DNA of 48,610 nt from a bacterium (GCA_043743715.1 JAYTWK010000017.1:1-48610); one strand, 5' to 3'. Counted from the first letter of the stretch, positions 36,967 to 47,014 are shown. The notes: a model not told the origin generated them from the sequence alone. A program made the numbers and translations.

Positions 36967-37698
36967 ATGATGATTTCTTCTGTTTGGCACGAGATAGTAT
37001 ATCAACCACTCTATAATATTCTCACCTTCCTCATCGGTGTTTTACCCGGACACAGTGTTGGGCTTGCAATCATTACCCTGACGGTAGTTGTTCGGCTCGC
37101 ACTCTTTCCCCTTACTGGGAAATCCATGAAAGCACAAAAAGTCATGAAAGAGCTTGAGCCGGAGCTCAAGCGGATACGTGATGCACACAAAAGCGACAAA
37201 CAGCTGCAGGCAAAGAAAACCATGGAATTGTATCAGGAAAAAGGGGTTACTCCCTTTTCCGGGTGCCTCCCACTTTTTATCCAAATCCCTATCATTATAG
37301 GCCTCTATATAGTCTTTAAGGGGCTTAAGGAAATCGACCCGCATTATTTGTATAGTTTTATCCAAAACCCCGGAACTCTTGATATGCATTTTCTGGTGTT
37401 TGACCTCGCAGCAAAAAGTGCTTTGCTTGCAGGCACAGCTGGTATTGCGCAGTACATCCAGACAGATCTGTCACTCGGTAGACAACCAGCGATAGCTCCC
37501 TCTGGAGAGAAAAAAACCTTTCAGGAAGACCTTCAAAAAAGCATGCAAGTACAGATGCGGTATGTACTTCCTGTAATGATCAGCTTCATTGCATTTAATG
37601 CGTCAGCCGCAGTTGCGCTTTATTGGACAACGAGTAATATACTGAGTATTGCGCAGGAGCTTCTAATACGACGGAGTATGAAAAAGAAAAAAGAATAG
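36967..37698 (+). CDS. yidC: Membrane protein insertase YidC (short form)
   Basis: GLAIITLTVVVRLALFPL, GCLPLFIQIP and LYWTTSN motifs. Confidence 0.95.
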   Translation: MMISSVWHEIVYQPLYNILTFLIGVLPGHSVGLAIITLTVVVRLALFPLTGKSMKAQKVMKELEPELKRIRDAHKSDKQLQAKKTMELYQEKGVTPFSGCLPLFIQIPIIIGLYIVFKGLKEIDPHYLYSFIQNPGTLDMHFLVFDLAAKSALLAGTAGIAQYIQTDLSLGRQPAIAPSGEKKTFQEDLQKSMQVQMRYVLPVMISFIAFNASAAVALYWTTSNILSIAQELLIRRSMKKKKE

Positions 37699-37721
37699 GA
37701 GTAGCGCAAAAAGTCAATTTT

Positions 37722-38213
37722 ATGGAACAGGAAACGTACATCATCGATACACTCAAAACTCTCCTCACTCATCTGAATGTGGCGTATTCGGATATTGCGA
37801 CCGAAAAAGATGAACGCACAAGTTCCATGAGGTTCATGATAAGCACTCCCGACTCCGCTATCCTTATTGGTGAGCGAGGAGATAGGCTCATGGCCATCAA
37901 CCATTTGGTCAAGCGCATGGTAGAGAAGCACTCCGACAATGCTGAACTCTCGTTCCTTATTGATGTCAATAACTATCAAAAGAAGCACATCGATGAGATA
38001 CGCGCAAAGGCAAATATGCTGGCTGAGCGCGCGCGCTATTTCAAGAGCTCAGTTGAAATGGATCCAATGAGTTCCTATGAACGTATGATTGTGCATGCTG
38101 AGTTTACTGACACAAAAGATATCGCAACCGAATCTACCGGGTACGGGAGAGACCGTAGGGTTACCATAAAGTACACCGAATCAAAAGATCCCTCCACACT
38201 CCCGCTCTCTTAA
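37722..38213 (+). CDS. jag: Jag/KhpB RNA-binding protein (KH plus R3H)
   Basis: LIGERGD, DVNNY, PMSSYERMIVH and TESTG motifs. Confidence 0.92.
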   Translation: MEQETYIIDTLKTLLTHLNVAYSDIATEKDERTSSMRFMISTPDSAILIGERGDRLMAINHLVKRMVEKHSDNAELSFLIDVNNYQKKHIDEIRAKANMLAERARYFKSSVEMDPMSSYERMIVHAEFTDTKDIATESTGYGRDRRVTIKYTESKDPSTLPLS

Positions 38214-38227
38214 TACACACCCGATAA

Positions 38228-38258
38228 CAAAAAACTCCATAATTATGGAGTTTTTTGT
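38228..38258. terminator. Bidirectional terminator
   Basis: ACAAAAAACTCCATAATTATGGAGTTTTTTGT. Confidence 0.82.
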
Positions 38259-38261
38259 GGA

Positions 38262-38990
38262 CTAATCCATATTCTTTCTCACTTTCCAGACAACAAAGAG
38301 TATCAAGAGGACAATCATACTGACAACAAGGACAGCAATGGTGACAGGGCTAAGTGTAAGTGACGGAAGGTTTCCTCCGGTCTTCACAACTGTTTCTGTG
38401 ACTGGCTCTGGTGTCGGAGTTTGACCCACAGAAGGAGTTATGGTGGTTTCTCCCCCTGTGTTTGCGGTGGGTACCACCGTGGATGGTTCGGGGGTTGTTG
38501 GGGTAGGAGGTGGAGGAGGGCAATCATTGGGGCAATTGAGATAGTTCTCACCTATTAATGAATCGCATGTGTTGTTGTCATTACAGAACGAACTCCCTCT
38601 TACTGATATATCAAAAAGGTGGTTTCCATTATGGCTATAAAAGCTCACATGGTCGGCGTTAGCGAAGTATGGAGCTCGAACGGCGAGAAGGCTCTTTCCT
38701 GATGAAACATTCTGAGCCGTCGGCTTATTGAAACCAAAACGAGCATCTTCTTTGCCTGTAACAGTGAAGACGGTGCCGTAGTAATCTCCTGACAACGCAG
38801 AAACCTTTTCTTCGAATGCAGTGGGTATAAGATCATATGGTACTTTCAATCCGGCTTCGGTGCCGAGTGTTCCTTGGGAATATTCAAGCCGGAAGACGTA
38901 GATCCAGACATCATCATCAACGTTTGCCGACGCCATCATCGGAACGAAGAAGGTAAGGCACAGTAGTATGGTGAGTATTTTTTTGAGCAT
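38262..38990 (-). CDS. Secreted, C-terminally membrane-anchored protein with Cys-rich motif and Pro/Thr linker
   Basis: Signal peptide, CNDNNTCD...ENYLNCPNDC, PT-rich stalk, TM and basic tail. Confidence 0.75.
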   Translation of the reverse strand: MLKKILTILLCLTFFVPMMASANVDDDVWIYVFRLEYSQGTLGTEAGLKVPYDLIPTAFEEKVSALSGDYYGTVFTVTGKEDARFGFNKPTAQNVSSGKSLLAVRAPYFANADHVSFYSHNGNHLFDISVRGSSFCNDNNTCDSLIGENYLNCPNDCPPPPPTPTTPEPSTVVPTANTGGETTITPSVGQTPTPEPVTETVVKTGGNLPSLTLSPVTIAVLVVSMIVLLILFVVWKVRKNMD

Positions 38991-38996
38991 AAAAGT

Positions 38997-40262
38997 TTAG
39001 AACCCCGGGTTCTTAGTACAATAAAGCACCTTCGTGGCATAATTGCGAGTCCCATTGTCTCCTGCATTACACTGCAGGTGAGCAGGATCATCATAGAGAC
39101 ATTCCCATTTTTTAACCGCACCACCACTACAGCTTGTGTCACCGGCGCAACTTCCACTCGTACTGCATGCACCTGCACCACCATTATATCCAGCTGCAAG
39201 ATTGCGGATGCTTGCACCGCAGGCGCTTCCGGTAAGTGTTTTGATATACTCAGCGCTCATGCAAATATCTTTTTCCCAATTCGCCTTATCTGCAAGCCAC
39301 CCCACTGTAATGGCGGTTTTGTCCGGAACAGAACATTGGGTTCTAAATTTACTTGCAGTTGCCGGGATAAGGTGGGTGGGACCGCCAGAAAGTCCGTCGT
39401 AACCAACGGCATCAGTTATACGTGCGATACAGCTCGACTCCTGCACAATAATTGCTTCCATAAAACCTACCGCATCCGCACCCAGCCCAGTCCTACTGGC
39501 GTAAGTATTTATCCAATTTTTAAATTGAGGACATTGTGTGTTGGTACATTGACGGTATTGAGGTTCACAGAGATTGAGTCCCGATGTCGGACAGCGAATA
39601 CTTCCTCCCACTGATGACACTGGAGGAGCACTCGTGGGCTTGACCGCCTCAGCTGCGCCATTTTTTACACAGAAACAAGAGCTCTGAATGGTTTTGTTTG
39701 GATCGGAGCGGGCGTCCATGCGAAGGACTTCACACATCTCACCTTTTGTTGTTTTTGTATAGAGAACATTACCTGAACTTATTTCCAGATACTTGAAATA
39801 GCACCCGTCTCCTGTCGGTAGTGTTTGTGTGGTCGAGGGTGGTTTTGCTGAAGCTGCAGTCGATGAGGCCATGACCGTAATCTCTGCATCGTTCTTTAAG
39901 AGTTGTGGGTTGATGGTGTTCAGAAGTAGCCATGAACCGATGGCTATCAAGACTCCGAAGATCGCATTAAAGATGCACTCCTTGGCCTCGCTTCTACCGG
40001 AGACCGATGGGGTGCTCATGAGCCGTATTGCGCATATCACGATCATCACAACCGCAAGAATACCCGCGATACCAATGATGGTCGTGAAAATACCATTCAG
40101 GTAAGCTCTGAGTGTGTAACATCCGACTGCGGTGAAGGTTCCTATTGGGGCAAGCAGTGTATAGCAAGGGGTGAGAGCGTGCGCAATCGGAGTAGTAATC
40201 GCTCCTACGGTGACGACCGATATTGCCATCTTTACTCGAGAAAATATCATTGTTTTGTACAC
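38997..40262 (-). CDS. VirB2-like pilin fused to a lytic transglycosylase (SLT) domain
   Basis: Pilin N-terminus (LLNTINPQLL); AIIVQESS (catalytic Glu), GPTHLIPATA, AGYNGG and TRNYATKV motifs. Confidence 0.8.
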   Translation of the reverse strand: MYKTMIFSRVKMAISVVTVGAITTPIAHALTPCYTLLAPIGTFTAVGCYTLRAYLNGIFTTIIGIAGILAVVMIVICAIRLMSTPSVSGRSEAKECIFNAIFGVLIAIGSWLLLNTINPQLLKNDAEITVMASSTAASAKPPSTTQTLPTGDGCYFKYLEISSGNVLYTKTTKGEMCEVLRMDARSDPNKTIQSSCFCVKNGAAEAVKPTSAPPVSSVGGSIRCPTSGLNLCEPQYRQCTNTQCPQFKNWINTYASRTGLGADAVGFMEAIIVQESSCIARITDAVGYDGLSGGPTHLIPATASKFRTQCSVPDKTAITVGWLADKANWEKDICMSAEYIKTLTGSACGASIRNLAAGYNGGAGACSTSGSCAGDTSCSGGAVKKWECLYDDPAHLQCNAGDNGTRNYATKVLYCTKNPGF

Positions 40263-41434
40263 GCTTTTATATATAGCCCAACCGGCTTACCAGGAGGCGC
40301 AACGGTTCCATCTTTACACACGTGCCAATGTGGATCACCTGAACCTCCTGTCTCATCGGTGAACCAATATCCCTTGTACAGCCATTTTTGGAAACAAGGT
40401 CCTACCTTACCCTCTTTATAGTTACAAAACGAAGGATTATTATTCACTGTTGAGTTGCTCTTGATGTATCCAAATAGTTTTTCCGTTCTTGAAAGATCAA
40501 ACACCGGAATACTTGATCCGTGACTCTTGTGGCCATTTTCTGTCCCACCAGTAATGACCACCTTGCAATTACACTGACCTGCGCTCGCAAGATCTTTAAT
40601 AAATTGCACTGTAAAAGGATCAAGACCTCCGACATTTGTTCCTGTCCCAGCTGCACACAGATGAAAATCTGCAGTATAAGGTACACATGGAGGTTTATTA
40701 ACATAGACATTAGTAGTGCTGTTGTTTGGAGTCTTTGCATTTGGAACGCACGAGTTGTTGCCGCACAGTAAATTTCTTGTCGCATCTTCTCCTGAAGCAA
40801 CAGGGGCCGCACTTTTGGGAACATTGAAACAGCCAATAGTACTGCCGTCTGGGCCAGCAGTGATAACCTTCCCTGCATCCTGCGCACCCTTCATTGCTGC
40901 GGTGCAGGCGTCGTTGCTGTTGTGTACCGGGCTGTTTTTGTTTTTCCCATCCGCTCCCTGGTAACGGTAATAGAAGCCTGCAGGGTAGCTTGGTTGTTTC
41001 GGCATTGGGTCATCAACCGCAATGTTTTGAGACACACCGGTTGATGAGGCCATGACCGTAATCTCTGCATCGTTCTTTAAGAGTTGTGGGTTGATGGTAT
41101 TCAGAAGGAGCCATGAACCGATGGCTATCAAGACACCAAATATTGCATTATAAATACACTCCTTCGCCTCACTCCTTGCTCCGGCAGAGCCGGAGGCAGT
41201 AAGCTTGACCCCACAGGCCACAATCATAATCACCGCAAGTAGTCCTGCGATGCCAATTGCGGTGGTAAAGATACCCTCGAGATAATCCTTAAGTGTATAG
41301 CAGCCAGTAGGGGTGAATGTTCCTATTGGTGCAAGCATTGTGTAACAAGCCGTTGCGGCATAAGCCGTCGGCGCAAAAAACCCAATCCCACTACCTGTTA
41401 CGAAGACTGTTGCTGTGTTTTTACGAAAAGACAT
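40247..41434 (-). CDS. VirB2-like pilin fused to a putative M15/LAS-type zinc peptidase domain
   Basis: Pilin N-terminus; ITGGTE.GH.SHG.....D and HWHV motifs. Confidence 0.7.
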   Translation of the reverse strand: MSFRKNTATVFVTGSGIGFFAPTAYAATACYTMLAPIGTFTPTGCYTLKDYLEGIFTTAIGIAGLLAVIMIVACGVKLTASGSAGARSEAKECIYNAIFGVLIAIGSWLLLNTINPQLLKNDAEITVMASSTGVSQNIAVDDPMPKQPSYPAGFYYRYQGADGKNKNSPVHNSNDACTAAMKGAQDAGKVITAGPDGSTIGCFNVPKSAAPVASGEDATRNLLCGNNSCVPNAKTPNNSTTNVYVNKPPCVPYTADFHLCAAGTGTNVGGLDPFTVQFIKDLASAGQCNCKVVITGGTENGHKSHGSSIPVFDLSRTEKLFGYIKSNSTVNNNPSFCNYKEGKVGPCFQKWLYKGYWFTDETGGSGDPHWHVCKDGTVAPPGKPVGLYIKACTKQ

Positions 41435-41443
41435 GGGTGGTAT

Positions 41444-42889
41444 TTATTTGGACTTTTTTGGTTGTGCCTTTGTCGACACTGGTGTATTCGTCGACACACT
41501 ACCTGCAGCGTCTTTCATTTCCCCGGGAGTAAGCTCTGGTGTCGTCGCACTTCCTGAGTCACCTACTCCATCAGCCGTAGATTCATATTTCTCTTTCTGT
41601 AGTCTCATTGACCAGACGGTGAAATCGTTTTTGTTGATGAAGAACAGGTGCTTCTCATTGCCGCCAATAAATGGAGACATCACATCAAAATTGTGCCCAA
41701 CCTCTTTTTGTGGATCTGCGAGATAGACCAAATCGCTCGTATTGGTATCAATGGTCCAAAACGTATCGCGAAGCGACACAATCCCCTGGTACCAATCGTC
41801 GGGAATGTGATTTTGTGCGGTGTCCGCAAATGCGGCACAGAATATTCGCATGTCGTTACCGGACCACGCACATTTCTCCGGAAGCGTCGCGAGCTGGAGT
41901 GGTGCGGTGTGAGTGACCTGGCTGTCTTCATCGGTGAAGCCTTTCTCGTCATACATGCTGAGCACTGTGTTTCCGCTCACATTTTCGTTGTAGAGCATGC
42001 GCTTTCCAGCTGAGTTCCCGAGTGTTGTGAGTCCGTTCTTTTCACGCACTATTCTCGATAATGTTCTGTTGTTCGTATTGTATAAGTATGAAAAACCTGG
42101 AACATTCCATGACGGCTTCGTGGTAAGGATGATATGTCCACTATCGAGCATTTGCGGCAGCCATTCACTGAACGAGTTGCGCAGTACTTCTCTCGCATTG
42201 CGGCTATTAAGGGTAACTATTGTACCGGATACACCGTCATCGACCGGCAAGAGATAGAGCAGAAATTTTCCGTTTGGCGATACACTTACTTCGCTGATGT
42301 TGTCTGGCAAGCGGTCAGTGAGACCTTCGAGTGAGCCGAGCTCGGTCGTACTTGATGCAATAGGGAGCACAAGGTCTCCTATCTCGGTTTGGATGATATC
42401 TTGTTTTGTAAGCGGATTCTTAAAAAGATAACGAATGACCACAGAATTCCCGCCGTTTCCCCAGTACGCCTCATAGATGCGCGGCACCGTAGTGTTGGTG
42501 AGTTGTCTCGACGAACCGGTCACCGGATCAACTTCATACACAAAACCGTTCTCGCGTGCGATATAGCGGACAAAGGTCTGTCCACCACGGGTGACCGAGG
42601 TTGCCCCAGCTACTTGTATTGTACTCAGTTGTCTGAATAATGGTTCATCAGAAGCTCCAGTATCTCCGGAGTTGCCGTCCGAGGTTGAACTTCCTGCATG
42701 AATATCACCGCCGATTGGCCGCGGCACTTCCGCGCCATTAAACCCGAATAGTGATCCGACCCCCTTGGTACCCCCAGTTGTTGCTTTGCCTTTCGACATC
42801 ATGAAGAACACGCCCACCGCAACGAGCATAAGGAGTATGGCTACTCCCAGGATGATCCAAACCTTCTTTGATGATCCTTCTTCGTTCAT
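41444..42889 (-). CDS. N-terminally anchored extracytoplasmic protein, probable beta-propeller
   Basis: N-terminal TM; SVSPNGK repeat-like blades; TLPEKCAW and PDDWYQG motifs. Confidence 0.7.
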   Translation of the reverse strand: MNEEGSSKKVWIILGVAILLMLVAVGVFFMMSKGKATTGGTKGVGSLFGFNGAEVPRPIGGDIHAGSSTSDGNSGDTGASDEPLFRQLSTIQVAGATSVTRGGQTFVRYIARENGFVYEVDPVTGSSRQLTNTTVPRIYEAYWGNGGNSVVIRYLFKNPLTKQDIIQTEIGDLVLPIASSTTELGSLEGLTDRLPDNISEVSVSPNGKFLLYLLPVDDGVSGTIVTLNSRNAREVLRNSFSEWLPQMLDSGHIILTTKPSWNVPGFSYLYNTNNRTLSRIVREKNGLTTLGNSAGKRMLYNENVSGNTVLSMYDEKGFTDEDSQVTHTAPLQLATLPEKCAWSGNDMRIFCAAFADTAQNHIPDDWYQGIVSLRDTFWTIDTNTSDLVYLADPQKEVGHNFDVMSPFIGGNEKHLFFINKNDFTVWSMRLQKEKYESTADGVGDSGSATTPELTPGEMKDAAGSVSTNTPVSTKAQPKKSK

Positions 42890-42891
42890 GT

Positions 42892-43884
42892 CTATTGTGT
42901 TTGTTCTAATGGAAGACTAATTGTTGACAGCGTGTTCGCTCGCTGTAGTACGCGTTTCGTGTTCTGAAGTTGCAGTATAACAGGAAACACCTCTTCGCCG
43001 CTCTCTGATTTTACCAGGGTGAGAGAGGACTGATCTGCGCCAGGAACTTGTTGCTGCCCCCTTACTGTCCAGACATATTGAGTGTTCCCGTTTTCGAGGT
43101 CATCACTCGAGAAGAAGTACGGTACGGCACGGAGTGTGAATTGATTACCGGTTCCCGCAGTTGTTCCTCGGAGTGCATTATTAAATTGTGTTCCAAGAAG
43201 CGGAGCTTGTTCATAGAATGCTAATTTTGGAACGGTCGGAGTAATAGAGAGTGACTGTTCACCCGACCAGTCGGTGCTTGGAAATGAGACATCGACAGAT
43301 ACAGGGACGGGAGTGTTTGCAAACCCCATCGGTACGAGGGCGGTGTTCTTGCCGAGTCCTTTGCCGACAGTGAGTGTTCGCTGATATGTCCATGTATAGT
43401 AGTATTTGATTGGATCACTGGTGAGCGAATTGAAGCGCGGAATTGCGGTAACCTTGACCAGGCTTCGGTATGTTGGCAAGGCTTTGCCTTTGTAGAAAGG
43501 GGGTGTATACGTTTGTGCTTCCCAGAGTACATCAACCTCAGCCGGAGCGATAACGATGGTTTTGCTTACCTTCCTTCCGTCTGGTGTCAAGATGACAATG
43601 TCGACGATGCTCCTCTGTCCAAATTCTCCCGTGTGGATAGTCACCGTCTTCAGTCCCACTCCCTGTTTGAACGCGTCTTTGTTGAGATACCAAATGACCT
43701 CTGAGCCGTCGAGGTCCATTGAGTACGAATTGATGCTTATTGCGACATCTTGGTTCGCTCCCGGCACCTTCGGGGAAAGTTTTGTGGAGATGAGTGTATC
43801 AAGTATCGTGCCCGCGAAGACGCTCGTGGGAGTGATAATCCCAATAACAACGAGAATGATGAGAGCGGATAGTTTTTTGATCAT
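42892..43884 (-). CDS. Secreted protein with tandem Ig/PKD-like beta domains
   Basis: Signal peptide from the ATG at 43884; repeated W.../YTWT/YVWTV; WEAQTYTPPFYKGKALP. Confidence 0.7.
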   Translation of the reverse strand: MIKKLSALIILVVIGIITPTSVFAGTILDTLISTKLSPKVPGANQDVAISINSYSMDLDGSEVIWYLNKDAFKQGVGLKTVTIHTGEFGQRSIVDIVILTPDGRKVSKTIVIAPAEVDVLWEAQTYTPPFYKGKALPTYRSLVKVTAIPRFNSLTSDPIKYYYTWTYQRTLTVGKGLGKNTALVPMGFANTPVPVSVDVSFPSTDWSGEQSLSITPTVPKLAFYEQAPLLGTQFNNALRGTTAGTGNQFTLRAVPYFFSSDDLENGNTQYVWTVRGQQQVPGADQSSLTLVKSESGEEVFPVILQLQNTKRVLQRANTLSTISLPLEQTQ

Positions 43885-43888
43885 AGTT

Positions 43889-45151
43889 TTATCTCGAAAT
43901 TGCTTTGACGAACCTTCCTCCCATGCGAGCCGCTCCCCCAACAGCAGCTCCAGCTTTTCCAATCGCCCTGCCAAGGGAACTATCAATAATCTGGGTCGCC
44001 TTCTTTGCTGCTCTGCCAACGAGATATGCCGCAAAGAAAGAGATAGTGGTAAGCGGGAGTACGTCGACCAACGGTAGCGCATCTATTATAGCGCCCACAC
44101 TCATGATTACCAAGCGGAGCGCAAATCCTCCACCGATATATCCAAAATATGCAAGCAAGGTGACATCGATGAATAGTCCGGCGAGCTTGTCAATTATTTC
44201 AGAAAACACTTGCAATCCCAACCCCACCGGTGCGCCGATAACGGTCCCTTCAAGTAGCAACCCAAACCCATCAAGGAGTGCACTGAACATATCAATAATA
44301 TCTTTAATCACAGCGATACCTGCGACTAACCAAAACAACACCGGCCCACCTCTTACTGCCATCTTTCGAGCGCCATCTTTAACCTCATTCCAATTCGCAG
44401 GTGCTTTCTGCCCACCTGCCATCGAAAATCCCCCCCTACGTGATTTGGCTCCAGTCGCATGTTGTGCAGCTGACTGTTTTGCAAGGGCACCTTTTTTTAT
44501 ATTTGAGGGTGCATTCAACACCAAATTCTTTGCGTTTGTGACGCCTGCTCTGACCTGCTCTTGCTTTCGTGCGACCGCATCCCGCGCATTCTGCGGGGCA
44601 GAAACAATTGCATTTCTCGCACTCGCGACCCTATTGCCAAGTGCATACCCTGCGCTATACGCCCTTCCCTCTGAGGGGCTGGTTGCTAACCCGCGAATAT
44701 TAGGTGCTCCGAGCGTGCGCGGCTTTAGGCTCTCTGTGCTAGCCTGCGGAGATGATGGCCCCGCCGCAGCTTGCTGCTGATTCAGTTTTCTATCTACATC
44801 AGCCCATTTCGGAGACATGAATGCATCAGGATTACCGCCTTGAGGTCGCGGTGCCGCATTCGCTTGCTGCACAAGGCCTATACTTCTGCGCATTGCGGGT
44901 CTCCCCTGTATATTTGGTGCTCCAAAAGTGCGATGTTCCGGAGCCGTATCAGTAGTGGCAGGTGCAGTAGCTGCTTTTTCGGCCTGGGGCTGTTGCGTGA
45001 GGTTTCTATCAACGTCGGCCCATTTTGGCGACATGAATGCATCAGGGTTACTACCCTGAGGTCGCGGCTTGATAGGCACCCCGTCCTTATTAAGGAGATA
45101 TGTGCCGGTAGTATGCGGTTGTGATGCAGATCGGGCAGATGAGTCAACCAT
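43889..45151 (-). CDS. Membrane protein with disordered repeat-containing N-terminus and Gly-rich hydrophobic C-terminus
   Basis: Two copies of PRPQG.NPDAFMSPKWADVDR.L.QQ...RT.GAPNI.G; C-terminal hydrophobic helices. Confidence 0.7.
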   Translation of the reverse strand: MVDSSARSASQPHTTGTYLLNKDGVPIKPRPQGSNPDAFMSPKWADVDRNLTQQPQAEKAATAPATTDTAPEHRTFGAPNIQGRPAMRRSIGLVQQANAAPRPQGGNPDAFMSPKWADVDRKLNQQQAAAGPSSPQASTESLKPRTLGAPNIRGLATSPSEGRAYSAGYALGNRVASARNAIVSAPQNARDAVARKQEQVRAGVTNAKNLVLNAPSNIKKGALAKQSAAQHATGAKSRRGGFSMAGGQKAPANWNEVKDGARKMAVRGGPVLFWLVAGIAVIKDIIDMFSALLDGFGLLLEGTVIGAPVGLGLQVFSEIIDKLAGLFIDVTLLAYFGYIGGGFALRLVIMSVGAIIDALPLVDVLPLTTISFFAAYLVGRAAKKATQIIDSSLGRAIGKAGAAVGGAARMGGRFVKAISR

Positions 45152-45214
45152 TACTTCAGTATATCCCAAGAAATCCCGTCTGTGCGGCACTTCTCACTCA
45201 ACTGTTGATAGCTT

Positions 45215-47014
45215 TTAGCCCTGCGCTGCCTTGAGTTCTTGTTTTGCCTTCGCAATAGCGAGCATTTGAGCGGGGTCGGAGGAAACAATTTGGTCTTCGG
45301 TGTAGGACGCATGCACTTTGATGGCCACATGCTTGAGTCCTGCGAAGAATAGTCCTTCCCCGACGCCGGATTCGAGGAGAAGATATTTTTCTTCATCGGT
45401 GAGATGGAATGTCTGCTGCACGAGGTCGATTGTGGTCGGCGACTGTTTGAGGAGTATCTGAATGGATGAATTGGTGAGAATGGGGAGTCCGTATGGTGAT
45501 CGCAAGAAGTCGTTCACATCCTGGGTGATGGTGGCAATACCAAGGTAATACTTGCGTCCACGTTTTGCGAGTCCAAAGAGGAATGAGGCTGTATCTTCGG
45601 ATTTCATCATCCACCAGGCTTCGTCGACGATAAGGAGACGTTTGCGCAGATTTTCACGTACTGCAGTCCAGATGTGGTGGGTGACGATATAGACGGCGAC
45701 CGGCTTGAGTTCGTCTTCCATGTTGCGGACCGAGAACACAGTGAATCGTTTGGTAATGTCAACGTTGGTTGGATTATTAAGAAATCCCGACCAGGTACCC
45801 TTGGTGTATTTCTCGAGGCGTTGGAGCAGTGATTCGGTCCCGTCCATACCTGAAAGTACGAGTTCAAAGTCCGACAATAGTGGGGGCTCAAGATCCTTGA
45901 AATTGGTCTCGGGGCTGATATCTTTCAAGGCATATGTCTCAGCGATAGCGCGGTCGATGACTGCGTCTTCTTCGGGAGAGAGACCGCCAAGCATGATACG
46001 GAAGAGTCCGACGAGGAAGATGATATTCGAGCGCAAGACGTCGGCACTTGATTCGTCGTCGCGCGCGGCAGGAAGGTCAAACGGATTGATGTGATGCTCT
46101 GAGGTGAGCGAAATATTGAAATATCTTCCACCCGTCGCTTCCGCGAGGAATGCGTACTCCTGCTCGGGGTCAATGACGATGACGTCCGCGTCAAACATCA
46201 GTGTGCGCAAGATTTCGAGTTTGGTGGTATAGGATTTTCCTGAACCGGACACCGCGAAAGTCACCGAGTTGTAGTTGGGCATACCGAAGCGGTCGAAGAG
46301 AATGAGTGAAGCATTGTGGCGGTTAATGCCCCAGAGAATTCCCTTATCAGAAGTAAGGTCGAATGAAACAAACGGGAAGATTGATGACAGCGGCTCAGAA
46401 TTGAGCTTATAGTGCACTCCAAGCTCGTCGGTCATAAGCGGAAGGACGCTGCGATACCCCTGTTCCTGTTGGAAGATTGCCGGTTTTACATACACCAGTT
46501 TTCCGTCGAGAATCGATTTGACCTCACCTTCTACTTTGTCGATATCCGCCTTCTCATTGCCGTAGATAGTAATATAGATACCCACATCAAACAAACGCTC
46601 TTGGGCCTGCATGAGCTTGTCGCGCAATCCTTCGAGGTCTTGATAAGCGATGTCGAGCATTGGGTCGCGCACGAATCCTTTGCGCTCACGCTCATTAATT
46701 TGACTCTGTACTTCGGCTACTTTCTTCTGGAATGTGCGTAATGCAACTTCGGTCTCGACCGGGTGGATCATAATAGAAACATCGTAGACTTTGTCGAGAT
46801 TGATGATTGGAGTGAACCAGTCTTGGGACAAAAATCTCGGGTACGAGATCACAAATAGTGTTCGGAGCATCTTGTCGCCGACAGAAATGGAGTTGCGTTC
46901 GATGCTAATTGCTGCAGGAGCGAGGATGTCCTTCATGTCGAGGTTGGTCGCCTCGTAGATGTCTGCCGGGAGTACTCCGCCGCTTCCGACATCATATGTT
47001 TTTTCGTTTGCCAT
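45215..47014 (-). CDS. VirB4-like ATPase
   Basis: AVSGSGKS Walker A, IDPEQEY, INPFD, LIVDEAW Walker B, RKY and TQD motifs. Confidence 0.92.
   Translation of the reverse strand: MANEKTYDVGSGGVLPADIYEATNLDMKDILAPAAISIERNSISVGDKMLRTLFVISYPRFLSQDWFTPIINLDKVYDVSIMIHPVETEVALRTFQKKVAEVQSQINERERKGFVRDPMLDIAYQDLEGLRDKLMQAQERLFDVGIYITIYGNEKADIDKVEGEVKSILDGKLVYVKPAIFQQEQGYRSVLPLMTDELGVHYKLNSEPLSSIFPFVSFDLTSDKGILWGINRHNASLILFDRFGMPNYNSVTFAVSGSGKSYTTKLEILRTLMFDADVIVIDPEQEYAFLAEATGGRYFNISLTSEHHINPFDLPAARDDESSADVLRSNIIFLVGLFRIMLGGLSPEEDAVIDRAIAETYALKDISPETNFKDLEPPLLSDFELVLSGMDGTESLLQRLEKYTKGTWSGFLNNPTNVDITKRFTVFSVRNMEDELKPVAVYIVTHHIWTAVRENLRKRLLIVDEAWWMMKSEDTASFLFGLAKRGRKYYLGIATITQDVNDFLRSPYGLPILTNSSIQILLKQSPTTIDLVQQTFHLTDEEKYLLLESGVGEGLFFAGLKHVAIKVHASYTEDQIVSSDPAQMLAIAKAKQELKAAQG

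Noticed and set aside
42892-44082. Long 5' extensions given in the ORF track (also ruvB 25532, tyrS 30300, PBP 30237, RR 15699, polA 20673)
   Set aside because: The extensions overlap neighbours or precede the recognisable N-terminus or signal peptide, so downstream ATGs were chosen.
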